A stretch of DNA of 64,000 bases from Ignavibacteriota bacterium (GCA_963787835.1 CAWBEI010000002.1:1440001-1504000), one strand, 5' to 3'. Positions 20,082 through 30,301 are shown, numbered from the stretch's first letter. Numbers and translations: made by a program. The notes: generated from the sequence alone by a model not told the origin.

Positions 20082-21452
20082 CTACAGTTGATTTACCAAT
20101 TCCTTAAACACTTTTCCGCGATGCTCATAATTATCGAACATATCGAAACTTGCGCAAGCGGGGGAGAGCAGTACGATGTCGCCGGGCGCGGCTGCATCTT
20201 TTGCTAATTTCACGGCATCTTCCATCGACATTCCAGCGGAATAGATCGGCTTCGTCGCACCAAAAAACTTCTCGATCTTCTCCGCGCCTTTGCCAACGGT
20301 GACGATGGCTTTTACATGCTCACCAACCAAATCAGCAATTTGCGAATAATCGTTGCCCTTGTCTTTTCCTCCGGCGATGAGCACGATCGGCTCCTTAAAG
20401 CTTCCGAGCGCATAGTAAACGGAATCGACGTTCGTGGCTTTCGAATCGTTGTAATACTTCACGCCATTTAGTTCTCGCACGAATTCGATGCGGTGCTCCA
20501 CTCCTTTGAATTCCCGAAGCGTTTCGCGGATGGCATCGTATTCTACGCCCATTGCGCGCGTCATGAGCGCGGCGGCCATCGCATTCATCAAATTATGCGG
20601 TCCGGGAATACCGATCTCATTCCGGGCAATGAGAACTTCTTTTTCGCGCCCTATGCGAAGAATAACATCATCGCCGGCAAGATACGCGCCTTGTTTAAGT
20701 TCTTCTTTCAGGGAAAACCCCAGTGTCCGGATATTTACCGTGTCGGCGCAGTTACGGGCGTGGTCGTCATCATGATTATAGACGAATACATCGTAGCCCT
20801 TCTGATTTTCGACAATGCGGTACTTCGACTGAATATAGGCTTCGTAATTCTTGTATCGGTCGAGATGATCGGGCGTGATATTTAATAGAGCAGAAACTTT
20901 CGGTCGGAACGTATCGATGGCGTCCAACTGAAAACTTGATACTTCTAATACTACGACGGCTTTCTCACCTTCGGATGATCGCTCAGCCGTGTTAGCCTGG
21001 TCCACGATCTCCGAAAAAGCGATTCCAATATTTCCTGCGACAAAGGTATTCCATCCCGCGAGCTTGAAAATTTCACCAACCAATGTGGTTGTTGTTGTTT
21101 TCCCATTCGTTCCCGTGATGGCAACGATAGGCGCTTCGCACTGATCGAATGCAATTTCGATCTCACTCAGGATCTTTATCTGTTTCTCTCGCGCCAATTT
21201 TACGATGGGCGCATCGATCGGAACGCCAGGGCTGAGTACGACGTAATCCGCATCGAGCACACGGTGGGTATTGTCTCCAAATTCATATTCAATTCCGATC
21301 TCGTCTAACTCTTTGGCGGCATCCTCGAACTTATTTTTTTTACCCTTCTCGGAAAGAAATACTTTTGCTCGCCGCGTTTTCAGCAAACGCGCGACCGCGA
21401 GGCCGGATTTTCCGGCACCTAAGATCGAAAAGCGTTTACCTCGAACAAGCAT
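20082..21452 (-). CDS. murD: MurD ligase
   Basis: SPGVP, GTNGKTTT, GNIG, EVSSFQL, DHLDRY, NDSKATN, SPACASFD. Confidence 0.98.
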   Translation of the reverse strand: MLVRGKRFSILGAGKSGLAVARLLKTRRAKVFLSEKGKKNKFEDAAKELDEIGIEYEFGDNTHRVLDADYVVLSPGVPIDAPIVKLAREKQIKILSEIEIAFDQCEAPIVAITGTNGKTTTTTLVGEIFKLAGWNTFVAGNIGIAFSEIVDQANTAERSSEGEKAVVVLEVSSFQLDAIDTFRPKVSALLNITPDHLDRYKNYEAYIQSKYRIVENQKGYDVFVYNHDDDHARNCADTVNIRTLGFSLKEELKQGAYLAGDDVILRIGREKEVLIARNEIGIPGPHNLMNAMAAALMTRAMGVEYDAIRETLREFKGVEHRIEFVRELNGVKYYNDSKATNVDSVYYALGSFKEPIVLIAGGKDKGNDYSQIADLVGEHVKAIVTVGKGAEKIEKFFGATKPIYSAGMSMEDAVKLAKDAAAPGDIVLLSPACASFDMFDNYEHRGKVFKELVNQL

Positions 21453-21453
21453 A

Positions 21454-21528
21454 ATAGTGGATGGTTGATAGTGGAAAGTGAATAGTGATAATTATCAGTC
21501 ATACACTATCGACTTTCCACTATCCACT
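21454..21528. repeat. Inverted tandem heptamer array (ATAGTGG)n/(CCACTAT)n
   Basis: atagtgg atggttg atagtgg aaagtga atagtga ... acactat cgacttt ccactat ccact; same family as 49181-49248. Confidence 0.8.
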
Positions 21529-21534
21529 CATGTG

Positions 21535-22662
21535 TTACCGTACCTTAAACGTAGTCAGCGCCAGAATTGCAAGAATGATCGCCGTGATATACGCACGGGT
21601 AACGATCTTGGTCTCCGTCCAGCCGCAAAGTTGAAAATGGTGATGAATGGGGGCCATCCGAAATATTCTCCGGCCCTGCCCATATTTCTTGCGCGTGTAT
21701 TTGAAATATCCGGTCTGCACAATGACGGAGATGGATTCTAAAAAGAATATTCCTCCTACGATCGGCAGGACAAACTCCTTTTTGCAAAGCACCATCAGCG
21801 TTCCCATGGCACTGCCCAGAGCCAGCGATCCCGTATCGCCCATGATGACTTCCGCAGGATATGCATTATACCACAAAAAGCCAAGCACGGCTCCGACAAG
21901 CGCAGAACAAAAGACGGTCAGTTCACCCGCGCCGCGCAGGTAGGGAATGTTCAGGTAATCGCTCAGTTGAAGATTACCAGAAAAATAGGCAATGGCTCCG
22001 ATCGGAATGAATGCGATCGCAACCGTACCGGCACTCAGGCCATCGAGACCATCCGTCAAATTTACGGCGTTCGATGTGGCCGTAATAATGAAAATAACGA
22101 ACAGCACATACAAGTATGGCCCGAACTCGAACACAAGGTTCTTGAAGAATGGAACCGTCGTCGCCGTTCGAATATCGACACCCGCATATTTAAAAAGGCT
22201 TGGCTCGAAAATGATCGTGAGTGCGATAAGTAACCCGACAGCCGTTTGTCCGGCGATTTTATAAATTCCTATCAGTCCTTTCTTTTTCTTCTTAACGACC
22301 TTTAAGTAATCATCCAGGAACCCGACACCGCCTAAGAGCACCGTCGCAAGCACAACGAGGATGATGAACAGATTTCCCAGGTCTCCCCATAACAACGTGG
22401 GTACGACGATGGAGATCAGAATAATGATCCCACCCATCGTCGGCGTGCCGGCTTTTTTCAGATGTTCTTTCGGTGCTTCCTCTTTGCCGGTATCGCCGAT
22501 CTGGAGCTGCCTTAACCGAGCGATGATCTTCGGCCCGCTCCAGAGGCTAAGGGCCAGTGCGCTCATGGCAGCCAGCGCGCTGCGAAACGTCAGGTAGCGG
22601 AATAGATCCCCACCCGGCGGGTTGAATGCTTTGTTGATCCAGTTAAATAAATAGTAAAACAA
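21535..22662 (-). CDS. mraY: Phospho-MurNAc-pentapeptide transferase
   Basis: KAGTPTMGG, DDYLK, NAVNLTDGLDG, MGDTGSLALG, MAPIHHHF. Confidence 0.98.
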   Translation of the reverse strand: MFYYLFNWINKAFNPPGGDLFRYLTFRSALAAMSALALSLWSGPKIIARLRQLQIGDTGKEEAPKEHLKKAGTPTMGGIIILISIVVPTLLWGDLGNLFIILVVLATVLLGGVGFLDDYLKVVKKKKKGLIGIYKIAGQTAVGLLIALTIIFEPSLFKYAGVDIRTATTVPFFKNLVFEFGPYLYVLFVIFIITATSNAVNLTDGLDGLSAGTVAIAFIPIGAIAYFSGNLQLSDYLNIPYLRGAGELTVFCSALVGAVLGFLWYNAYPAEVIMGDTGSLALGSAMGTLMVLCKKEFVLPIVGGIFFLESISVIVQTGYFKYTRKKYGQGRRIFRMAPIHHHFQLCGWTETKIVTRAYITAIILAILALTTFKVR

Positions 22663-22692
22663 GTAAAAATTAAAAATTAAGAATTAAGAAGT
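22661..22692. repeat. Heptamer tandem array (AATTAAG/A)n on the left flank of the four-helix-bundle gene
   Basis: aagtaaa aattaaa aattaag aattaag; inverted relative to 23056-23091. Confidence 0.75.
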
Positions 22693-23046
22693 GGGGTCAT
22701 CGTTTTTCCGAGTTGATTTGATGATCGAACTGAGGATTTTGCAAAGTTCTTCGCAATCTTTAATAAACGAATCAGCGAGCTTTCGGTCGATCTTATTCGA
22801 TTCACGTAAAAGCCTAAGCCAATAACGAGTTTCACGAGCCTCTTTGTATGTAATTGCATTTTTCGAGATAAACTCTTTTCGCGATACGGCTGCTGTTGCT
22901 TCTTCAGCATTGGCACCGATCCCAGCACCGGATCGTAATACCTGATCCGCAAGAACAAATGCTCGATGCTCAATAAGCAGATCGCTTAATTTTATTATTC
23001 TCAACCCGAAATCAAAGCTCTTGGTCAGAATGGCACTTTCTTTCAT
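22684..23046 (-). CDS. Four-helix-bundle protein (23S rRNA IVP / bAvd-like family)
   Basis: KSFDF...LADQVLRSGAGIGANAEEA...SRKEFISK...KEARETRYWLRLL. Confidence 0.92.
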   Translation of the reverse strand: MKESAILTKSFDFGLRIIKLSDLLIEHRAFVLADQVLRSGAGIGANAEEATAAVSRKEFISKNAITYKEARETRYWLRLLRESNKIDRKLADSFIKDCEELCKILSSIIKSTRKNDDPTS

Positions 23047-23055
23047 CCGATCCCC

Positions 23056-23091
23056 AATTCTTAATTTTTAATTCTTACTTATTACTTAATT
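23056..23091. repeat. Heptamer tandem array (AATTCTT)n on the right flank of the four-helix-bundle gene
   Basis: aattctt aattttt aattctt acttatt acttaat. Confidence 0.75.
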
Positions 23092-24498
23092 TCATCCTTT
23101 TTGTAAAAGATCGATCAACTCCTCCATTTTCATTCCACGCGAGCCTTTGATGAGGAGTGCATCGCCGGGGCGCAATGCGTCCCGCAATGCCGAAGCCAGT
23201 TCTTCCTTTTGTGCAAAATAAGAATTCTTTGCAGCGCCATTCGTCGATTCCGCAGCCGTATAGGAACGCTTGGCCTCTGTGCCAGTGAAATAGGTGTGGT
23301 GAAATCGGAACTCAGCCACCTTGTGCCCTAAGGCCCGATGTTCCCGGGCAGCGGCACTCCCTAATTCGAGCATATCGCCAAGCGCCGCGAAGCGTCTGCC
23401 TTTAACAGGAAATTCTTTCAGGGTACGAAACGCAGATTCCATCGAATCAGGATTTGCATTATAGGCATCGTTGAGTATGGTGATGCCATCGACGCGCATA
23501 ACCTCAAGCCGGTTAGCATGAGGGTGGAAGGATTCGATCTGCGGTTTGATCTCCACGCGGCGCATGTGAAAATGCAGACCGACCGCGACTGCGGCAGCGA
23601 TGACGTTCGGAGCATAATCGGCGAATAGATGTGTGCGGATCACGAACGACTTACCATCGCATGTTAACCTGATCTCCACGCGGCCATCCTTCGCAAAACC
23701 CATTCGTTCGGCTTGAACGGATAATCCGTTGATGGTTGGGCCCGATCCGTAGGTCATTGCATGGGTTCCAAATTTTTTTGCTGCTGTCTTGAGGTAAGGA
23801 TCGTCCATATTGATGAACGCAAATCCTTCATGATTCAAGACATAATCGAATGCTGCTTTCTCTTCGCGGGCAACGCCTTTCAGATCCTTGAAAAATTCAA
23901 GATGTTCCTTGCCGATATTCGTAATCAGAGCGTGCGTCGGTTGTGCGACATCGCAGAGCCACGCAATTTCGCCGGGATGATTGGTGCCGATCTCAAGTAC
24001 GGCTGCCTCATGCCCACCGCGAAGCTGGAATATTGTATGTGGTACGCCGATCTGGTTGTTGTAATTCGCTTCCGTTTTCAGTACATCCAGCGAACCGGAT
24101 AAAACCTGCGCAACCAGTTCTTTCGTTGTTGTTTTTCCATTCGAGCCAGCGATGACCAGAACGGGAATATTGAATTTCTGCCGATAAAGTTTTGCTAATG
24201 CGCCGTACGCATCGAGCGAGCTGTTAACGACGAGCAACGGCAGTGGATGATTTCGTCCCTTCCGGCTTTCATACCACTCGTTGCTTACGACCGCTGCAAG
24301 CGCACCTTCTTTTGCGACCTGGCTCAGATATTGGTGCCCATCGAATCGCTCGCCGGTGAGCGATATAAAGAGATCATCCCGCCTAAGCGTGCGTGAATCC
24401 GTAGAAACATCTCGAATGGTGCGCGAAAGCCCCAATGCACGCACTCCTATTTCGCGCACGAACTCAATGCTGAGAAGATCTTGAATAGTTAGATTCAA
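23092..24498 (-). CDS. murF: MurF ligase
   Basis: DSR, GERFDGH, GSNGKTTTKE, NNQIGVP, NDAYNANPDSM, LGDMLELG, KGSRGM. Confidence 0.98.
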   Translation of the reverse strand: MNLTIQDLLSIEFVREIGVRALGLSRTIRDVSTDSRTLRRDDLFISLTGERFDGHQYLSQVAKEGALAAVVSNEWYESRKGRNHPLPLLVVNSSLDAYGALAKLYRQKFNIPVLVIAGSNGKTTTKELVAQVLSGSLDVLKTEANYNNQIGVPHTIFQLRGGHEAAVLEIGTNHPGEIAWLCDVAQPTHALITNIGKEHLEFFKDLKGVAREEKAAFDYVLNHEGFAFINMDDPYLKTAAKKFGTHAMTYGSGPTINGLSVQAERMGFAKDGRVEIRLTCDGKSFVIRTHLFADYAPNVIAAAVAVGLHFHMRRVEIKPQIESFHPHANRLEVMRVDGITILNDAYNANPDSMESAFRTLKEFPVKGRRFAALGDMLELGSAAAREHRALGHKVAEFRFHHTYFTGTEAKRSYTAAESTNGAAKNSYFAQKEELASALRDALRPGDALLIKGSRGMKMEELIDLLQKG

Positions 24499-24667
24499 CG
24501 TTAGTCCAAGGCTTGACTCAAGTGGAACTTCATGCCGCGCAAATAATGGTCGGAGTGAACCGGAGCAATAAAAACTGCTGAGATCAAAAACTGCGTAGAG
24601 CAGCGATCAATGTATTGTAACAGCGATAACAGGCTGTTGCGCTCCCTTATACCTGACACTTCTTTTT

Positions 24668-26221
24668 TTACAAGGCAGCATTCGCTTTCAAAACCTGCTC
24701 CCGGTCGTCAAAGAACAGATGTTCTTTGCCAACGATCTGATATTGCTCATGCCCTTTTCCCGCCACCAGAAGGACATCCCCGGCTTCCGTGAGGGACATA
24801 CCTATCTCTATCGCTTTTGCCCTATCTGGCTCAATTTCAACAGAATTTCGTCCGGAATCAGGAATTCCAGCCACTATATTGCTGATGATGGCAAGCGGGT
24901 CCTCAGAGCGAGGGTTATCATTCGTAATAATGACATGATCCGATAATCTTGCCGCGATTTCGCCCATTTGAGGCCGTTTTCCTTTGTCGCGTCCGCCTCC
25001 GCATCCAAAGACCGTTATGATCTTATTCGCAGACGAAATAATGGCGCGAATCGTCTCGATCACATTAAGGAGGGCGTCTGGTGTGTGCGCGTAATCGATT
25101 ATGGCATACGCACCATTTTTTAGCGTAATACGCTCGAAGCGCCCCCGGACGGGCTGAATGGTCGGAATAAGTTTCGATAATTCTCCAAGCGAATATCCTT
25201 CCACTCCGAAGTATAGTGCACTCGCCGATGCGAGTATGTTCTCAACATTTATCCTGCCGGAAAGCGGAGATTCAATCGGAGCCCGCTCATCTGAGAACCT
25301 TTTCTCGACTCTGAATTTTGCGCCTTCAGTTGAAAACGTTACATCGTACGCCATGAGATCGGCGTGTGCTGGTGTTCCTTGTTTGTGGATGCCATACGAA
25401 TGCACATTCGCGACCGAATTCTGGACGATTGCGAGGCCATATGGATCATCGGCATTTGTGATCGCAATGGCGGTATCTTTAAGCCTGCTGAACAGCTTTT
25501 GTTTCGCCGCAAAATATTCTTCCATCGTATGATGGAAGTCAAGGTGGTCTTGGGTAAGATTTGTAAAGACGGCAATATCGAAATCGAGCGCGGCCACGCG
25601 CTCCAGCGCAAGTGCATGGGAACTGACTTCCATCACGCACGTCGTGATATGCTCGGAAACCATCCTCGCGAGCAATTCGGATAGGTCCCGTGATTCGGGC
25701 GTCGTATGGGTCGCGGGCGTTTCTTCCTCACCGATAAAAATACCGACCGTGCCAATAAGCCCAACTTTTTCGCCGCGTCGGCTTAATAACTGGCGAATGA
25801 TATTCGTAACGGTCGTCTTTCCGTTCGTGCCGGTCACCCCGATCAGGCGGAGCTTTGTGCTTGGCTCGCCGAAAGCCCATTCGGAAATAAAGGCGAGTGC
25901 GCGACGGGAATCTTTAACCACAAGGCGCGCGACCTGAGCACGCATGGCATCCTCACGCGTGAATGCAGAATCCTCTTCCAGAACGATCGCGCTCGCGCCA
26001 TTCGCAAGGGCTTGTGGGATGAAGGCGTGCCCATCCGTTTCGAAGCCGCGAATAGCAAAGAAAGTATCGCCAGGCTGAACCTTGCGAGAATCGTATTGCG
26101 GCCGCGAGAGATCGGCCTCCCCAACTTCATACAAGTCGAGAAGGCCGATCTCTTCAATCAGCCGAGGATGGTACGCATCGTCTCCGATGCTGTCCATCCT
26201 ATTTTGCTCACTAAATTTCAT
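24668..26221 (-). CDS. murE: MurE ligase (meso-DAP type)
   Basis: GTNGKTT, HTTPE, MEVSSHAL, DYAHTPDAL, DNPR motif, AGKGHE. Confidence 0.98.
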   Translation of the reverse strand: MKFSEQNRMDSIGDDAYHPRLIEEIGLLDLYEVGEADLSRPQYDSRKVQPGDTFFAIRGFETDGHAFIPQALANGASAIVLEEDSAFTREDAMRAQVARLVVKDSRRALAFISEWAFGEPSTKLRLIGVTGTNGKTTVTNIIRQLLSRRGEKVGLIGTVGIFIGEEETPATHTTPESRDLSELLARMVSEHITTCVMEVSSHALALERVAALDFDIAVFTNLTQDHLDFHHTMEEYFAAKQKLFSRLKDTAIAITNADDPYGLAIVQNSVANVHSYGIHKQGTPAHADLMAYDVTFSTEGAKFRVEKRFSDERAPIESPLSGRINVENILASASALYFGVEGYSLGELSKLIPTIQPVRGRFERITLKNGAYAIIDYAHTPDALLNVIETIRAIISSANKIITVFGCGGGRDKGKRPQMGEIAARLSDHVIITNDNPRSEDPLAIISNIVAGIPDSGRNSVEIEPDRAKAIEIGMSLTEAGDVLLVAGKGHEQYQIVGKEHLFFDDREQVLKANAAL

Positions 26222-26261
26222 TTTTCAACGAACGCCGCCTGACTTAGGAGCGATCACGGTC

Positions 26262-26337
26262 AATAATCAATGATAAATGGTGGATAATGAGATCAGGAAA
26301 CACATCCTGTTCATCATTCATCATTCAAAATTCATCT
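26262..26337. repeat. Inverted tandem heptamer array (AATGATG-like / TTCATCA)
   Basis: aataatc aatgata aatggtg gataatg ... ttcatca ttcatca ttcaaaa ttcatct, between ftsI and murE. Confidence 0.65.
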
Positions 26338-26342
26338 TTGTC

Positions 26343-28823
26343 CTATTGTTCTTCTCCAAAGAGCGTTAGCGTCGGACTTCCCGTCGCAATGTTTGCACTG
26401 AGTCTCGCGCCGGCATCCGGAAATTGTTTTGTAACAGGTCCGGTACCGGTTGTTTTTACGCGAAAGCCATCGGCAGAAGCAAGTTTGATCGCGCGTGCCA
26501 TCGGCAGTCCCACAAGATTGGGTGCTACTTCGGCTGTTGCTTGCACATCGTCTCCTTCTGCCTTCGGCTTTGCCAGTTCAAAGCGAACAGTATCTCCTCC
26601 ACACTTTATTACATCGTCGATGATGCTCGCGGGCTCTGATTGGCCTTGCTTGGTCATGTTCACAACAAATCCCTGACTGGCCAATAGCGAGCGCCCTTGC
26701 TCGGCAGTCATACCACGGACGTCCCACACCGGGCGGGAATCTTTATTGGTTTGCGGAACCGGTATTCCATCAATATCCACCACGCCCTCGGTTATTAATG
26801 GTACTTCTGCGGGCTTCGGTGCGCTTCGGGCTTCGGGCGGAAGCTTGCCGGTCATCTCTAAAATATTCATGGCGATCTCACGGAAGATCGGGCCGCTGAC
26901 TACACCGCCATAATATCCATTCTTCGGCGATCGAAGAATGACACTGATAAGATATTCCGGTTTTTCCGCCGGGAAAAATCCGGTGAAGCTCGATGTGTAA
27001 TGTTCTTTGGACCAATGCCCGCCGACAAGCTGCTGCGCCGTTCCCGTTTTGCCAGCAATATGTACACCCTTTATCTGAACGAGCGTGCCCGTTCCTGAAT
27101 CAACAACGCCCTCCATGATATTTATCAGCGTACGGCAGGTCTGTTCGCTGACGACGCGGCGGATCTCCTGCGGCTCGGTAACAACGGTTCCGTTCGGCCC
27201 CTCGCGTTTGGCGATGATATAGGGCTTCATCAACATTCCCATATTCGCAACGGCGGCATACGCAGTCGCCATCTGGATCGGCGTGGCCGTGAGTTCATAG
27301 CCAAAGGCCATGTAGCGCTTGGAATTTTCCTGCCACTGACCCGGTGTATGGAGTACGCCACGTACTTCGCCGGGAAGGTCGATCCCTGTATAATTCCCAA
27401 TGCCGAAATCGCGAAGATATTTGTAGAAGCGGCGTTTGTCGAGCTTATCCGAAATCTTTGCAAAAGAAATGTTGCTCGATTTTTCCAGGGCTTCACGAAA
27501 GGTCAGAATTCCGTAGGGATGCGTGTCGGTGATATGGACACCGTTCTCTGGATTCCAATGGCCGTGTTCGGCGTCGATCTTGTCGTCCGGTTTCCAGGCG
27601 CCATCTTCCAGTGCGGCAGACGCGACAAGCACTTTGATGGTCGAACCGGGTTCATAAGCATCGGTGATGGCACGGTTGCGAAGCATCGCGTTCGTCGCCT
27701 TGCTGAATGCATTGGGATCGAAATCCGGGACGTTCGCTAACGCAAGTATTTCGCCGGTCGATGGACGCATGACGATCGCGATACCGGCTTCTGCTTCTGC
27801 CTTTTCAACACCCGCCTTTAACGCAGATTCTGCGGCTGCCTGAATGGATTCGTCGATCGTGAGCGTAAGATTCTCCCCATCGGAAGCTGGAACCTTCTCA
27901 TAATCTACGTCCGGCCGGAGTGCGCCGCGTCCGTCGCGCTGCATGAACTGCTCGCCATCGTGCCCGGCGAGATCGCGATTATCGATAAGCTCGATGCCCG
28001 CGAGACCTCGGCCATCGTTGCTCGCAAAGCCAAGCACATGCGCTGCGCGTTCTCCGAACGCATAGTTCCGGCGCCAGTCCATCTGCCGCATCAAGCCATG
28101 ATCCTTCACGGAATCGAGGCGCGATGCAACTTCGAGGGGAACTTCCCGTTCGACTACGATATATCTTCGGGACGTATCGCTAAAGACCGTCTCGTAATAT
28201 TGGGCTGGCTTTCCGAAGGTTGCGGAGAAGATCGCTGCAAGCCGGTCGCGATGTTGGATCGCCTTGGGATCGACAGCGAATTTGACCACATAGGAGTTTG
28301 CTGCGAGGATGATACCGTTGCGATCTCGGATCAGGCCGCGCCTTGCTTCAATAGGTACTTCCGTTTTATATTGCTCCGCTGCCTCCTGAGAGAACGCGCC
28401 GTGATCGAGAACCTGTAACTTGAAGAGCTTCCCGCCGACCAGTGCAAAGGCAAGCAAAAAGAATGCAAGCACCGAATAAAGTCTGCCATTCTTCTTCAAG
28501 GGATCGACGGGCACGGGAGCAGAAAAGAACCGGTGGACAAGCCGTTCGTGCCAGGGTTCCTGATTCTCTTCGGAAGATGTTTCTGAATCAGGATCTTCGA
28601 AGATCGGATTACTTCGCTCATCTTCAACCGAATGCGAAAACACTCTCCCTCGTTGCGAACCAATTTCTGAGTGCGGAGCCGGGTTCAGGACGTGCGATGT
28701 TGGATTCACGACGTGCGAAGTTGGGTTCACGACGTGCGAAGTTGGGTTCACGACGTGCGTAGCCGGTGGGTATCGCTCGGCGATCCCATCAAACGGCAAT
28801 TCGTCCTGATCTCGGTATCTCAC
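26343..28823 (-). CDS. ftsI: Class B PBP (FtsI/PBP3) with PASTA domains
   Basis: RRGLIRDRNG, EPGSTIK (SxxK), SSN, KTGT; C-terminal PASTA-like repeats. Confidence 0.95.
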   Translation of the reverse strand: MRYRDQDELPFDGIAERYPPATHVVNPTSHVVNPTSHVVNPTSHVLNPAPHSEIGSQRGRVFSHSVEDERSNPIFEDPDSETSSEENQEPWHERLVHRFFSAPVPVDPLKKNGRLYSVLAFFLLAFALVGGKLFKLQVLDHGAFSQEAAEQYKTEVPIEARRGLIRDRNGIILAANSYVVKFAVDPKAIQHRDRLAAIFSATFGKPAQYYETVFSDTSRRYIVVEREVPLEVASRLDSVKDHGLMRQMDWRRNYAFGERAAHVLGFASNDGRGLAGIELIDNRDLAGHDGEQFMQRDGRGALRPDVDYEKVPASDGENLTLTIDESIQAAAESALKAGVEKAEAEAGIAIVMRPSTGEILALANVPDFDPNAFSKATNAMLRNRAITDAYEPGSTIKVLVASAALEDGAWKPDDKIDAEHGHWNPENGVHITDTHPYGILTFREALEKSSNISFAKISDKLDKRRFYKYLRDFGIGNYTGIDLPGEVRGVLHTPGQWQENSKRYMAFGYELTATPIQMATAYAAVANMGMLMKPYIIAKREGPNGTVVTEPQEIRRVVSEQTCRTLINIMEGVVDSGTGTLVQIKGVHIAGKTGTAQQLVGGHWSKEHYTSSFTGFFPAEKPEYLISVILRSPKNGYYGGVVSGPIFREIAMNILEMTGKLPPEARSAPKPAEVPLITEGVVDIDGIPVPQTNKDSRPVWDVRGMTAEQGRSLLASQGFVVNMTKQGQSEPASIIDDVIKCGGDTVRFELAKPKAEGDDVQATAEVAPNLVGLPMARAIKLASADGFRVKTTGTGPVTKQFPDAGARLSANIATGSPTLTLFGEEQ
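28681..28759. repeat. 21-bp coding tandem repeat (about 4 copies, HVVNPTS) in the ftsI N-terminus
   Basis: GGGTTCACGACGTGCGAAGTT units. Confidence 0.9.
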
Positions 28824-28834
28824 GGCTAAAAAAG

Positions 28835-29260
28835 CTATTTTACGATCACCACGTCTTCTCCGTTGGACTGGATCATTCCCAGTTTTGCCTGAGCAATGGG
28901 CCGGATATGGTCCGGCGCTGAAAGCTGCATTTCCTGTGCTCGCAAACGGATAAGGCGCTGTTCACTTTGGGTAATTTGGTCGTCAAGCTTGGTGCGCTCC
29001 AGAGTCAGCTTGTTGACTTGTAGCGTATTCCAGATGATCAGTACCGCGCAGGTGACCACGACTCCGAAAAATGCAATGACGTATAAGGTCGGCATTTTTC
29101 GAACTACTTTTTGGATCTCGCTTGGAACGATCTTCTGAACGGTTGGCGCTGCCGGCGCTGAAACTGCAGCAGGTTCCTCTCTCGGGGTCGTTGCTCCGAG
29201 CAATTCTCCTTCTCTGTTCTGTCCGAACGCCGCACGGGGCGCGTAGGCAATCGTAGTCAT
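28835..29260 (-). CDS. ftsL: FtsL-like cell division protein
   Basis: TM plus coiled coil, LSAPDHIRPIAQAKLGM; position between rsmH and ftsI. Confidence 0.85.
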   Translation of the reverse strand: MTTIAYAPRAAFGQNREGELLGATTPREEPAAVSAPAAPTVQKIVPSEIQKVVRKMPTLYVIAFFGVVVTCAVLIIWNTLQVNKLTLERTKLDDQITQSEQRLIRLRAQEMQLSAPDHIRPIAQAKLGMIQSNGEDVVIVK

Positions 29261-29267
29261 CCGGTTA

Positions 29268-30230
29268 CTATCTAATTCGTTGAGCCGCGCGCAGCTTTGC
29301 GCTTCGTGCCCGCGGGTTTCGTTCGATCTCCTCCTCAGTAGGCGTGATCGCTTTCTTCGTCAGCACGCTCAGCCGGGCGCTGGAGTGGTCTATTCGTTCC
29401 CGCAAAGCACCGATGGAACCAGCCGCAAATTCCGGCGCGCTTTCCTTCTTAAAAAATTCTTTTACAATCCTATCTTCCAGCGAATGATATGCCACGACGA
29501 CGATCCTTCCGCCGACGCGAAGGCGCTCGGCCGCCTGGCCGAGCGATGTCCGTAAATGCTCAAGCTCCTGGTTTACCTCGATCCGCAGAGCCTGAAAGAT
29601 GCGCGAGAGGGTTTCATTTTTTTTATCCTCGCGTATCCCTTGTGCGACGATCGCTGCCAGTTCTGTGGTTGTTTCGATAGCTCGCGCCATGCGTGCCTGA
29701 ACGATCCTTCTTGCGATCGGTCCGGCATAAGGCTCTTCGCCATAGTTGCGAAAAATTTCCTTGAGCTGTGGTTCATCATAGCCTGAAATGATTCCTTTCG
29801 CTGATAAGTGAAGTCTTGGATCGAGCCGCATATCGAGCGGTGCGTCCACACGGTAACTGAGTCCGACAGAACTTGTATCGAGTTGATGGCTGCTGACGCC
29901 AAGATCATAGACGATGCCGTCTAAAAGGCCGCCTTCCGGCCCGGTGTTCATCAGACGTGGCTGATTAGCAAGCGCATCGTTAAGTTTTTCAAAGTTCTCT
30001 TTGATAAGCACGAACTGCGCTCCAAATCGTGCGAGACGTGCTGTGGCGAATTCGTGTGCCGCAGGGTCGGTATCGAATCCGAAGACGTAAGCCCCTCTGG
30101 AAAGCATCGCCTCTGCATAGCCACCGCCACCGAGCGTGGCATCGACATATACCCCGCCTTCGCGTACTCCGAGTAGTTCCATCGCCTCTTTCAGCAGAAC
30201 GGGTTGATGATACTCGCGCTCCGTTTTCAA
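29268..30230 (-). CDS. rsmH: 16S rRNA m4C1402 methyltransferase
   Basis: HQPVLL, DATLGGGG, DLGVSSHQLD, FQALRIEVN, HSLEDRIVK, NPRARSAKLR. Confidence 0.98.
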   Translation of the reverse strand: MKTEREYHQPVLLKEAMELLGVREGGVYVDATLGGGGYAEAMLSRGAYVFGFDTDPAAHEFATARLARFGAQFVLIKENFEKLNDALANQPRLMNTGPEGGLLDGIVYDLGVSSHQLDTSSVGLSYRVDAPLDMRLDPRLHLSAKGIISGYDEPQLKEIFRNYGEEPYAGPIARRIVQARMARAIETTTELAAIVAQGIREDKKNETLSRIFQALRIEVNQELEHLRTSLGQAAERLRVGGRIVVVAYHSLEDRIVKEFFKKESAPEFAAGSIGALRERIDHSSARLSVLTKKAITPTEEEIERNPRARSAKLRAAQRIR

Positions 30231-30301
30231 TGAACTGTTCGGACAATAATGAGTGATGAATTATGAACAGGGAAGTGTCAAATCGTATAATTCACCCTTC
30301 C

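Noticed and set aside
22684-23046. Diversity-generating retroelement (Avd-like gene)
   Set aside because: No reverse transcriptase and no template/variable repeat pair with adenine-specific mismatches were seen.
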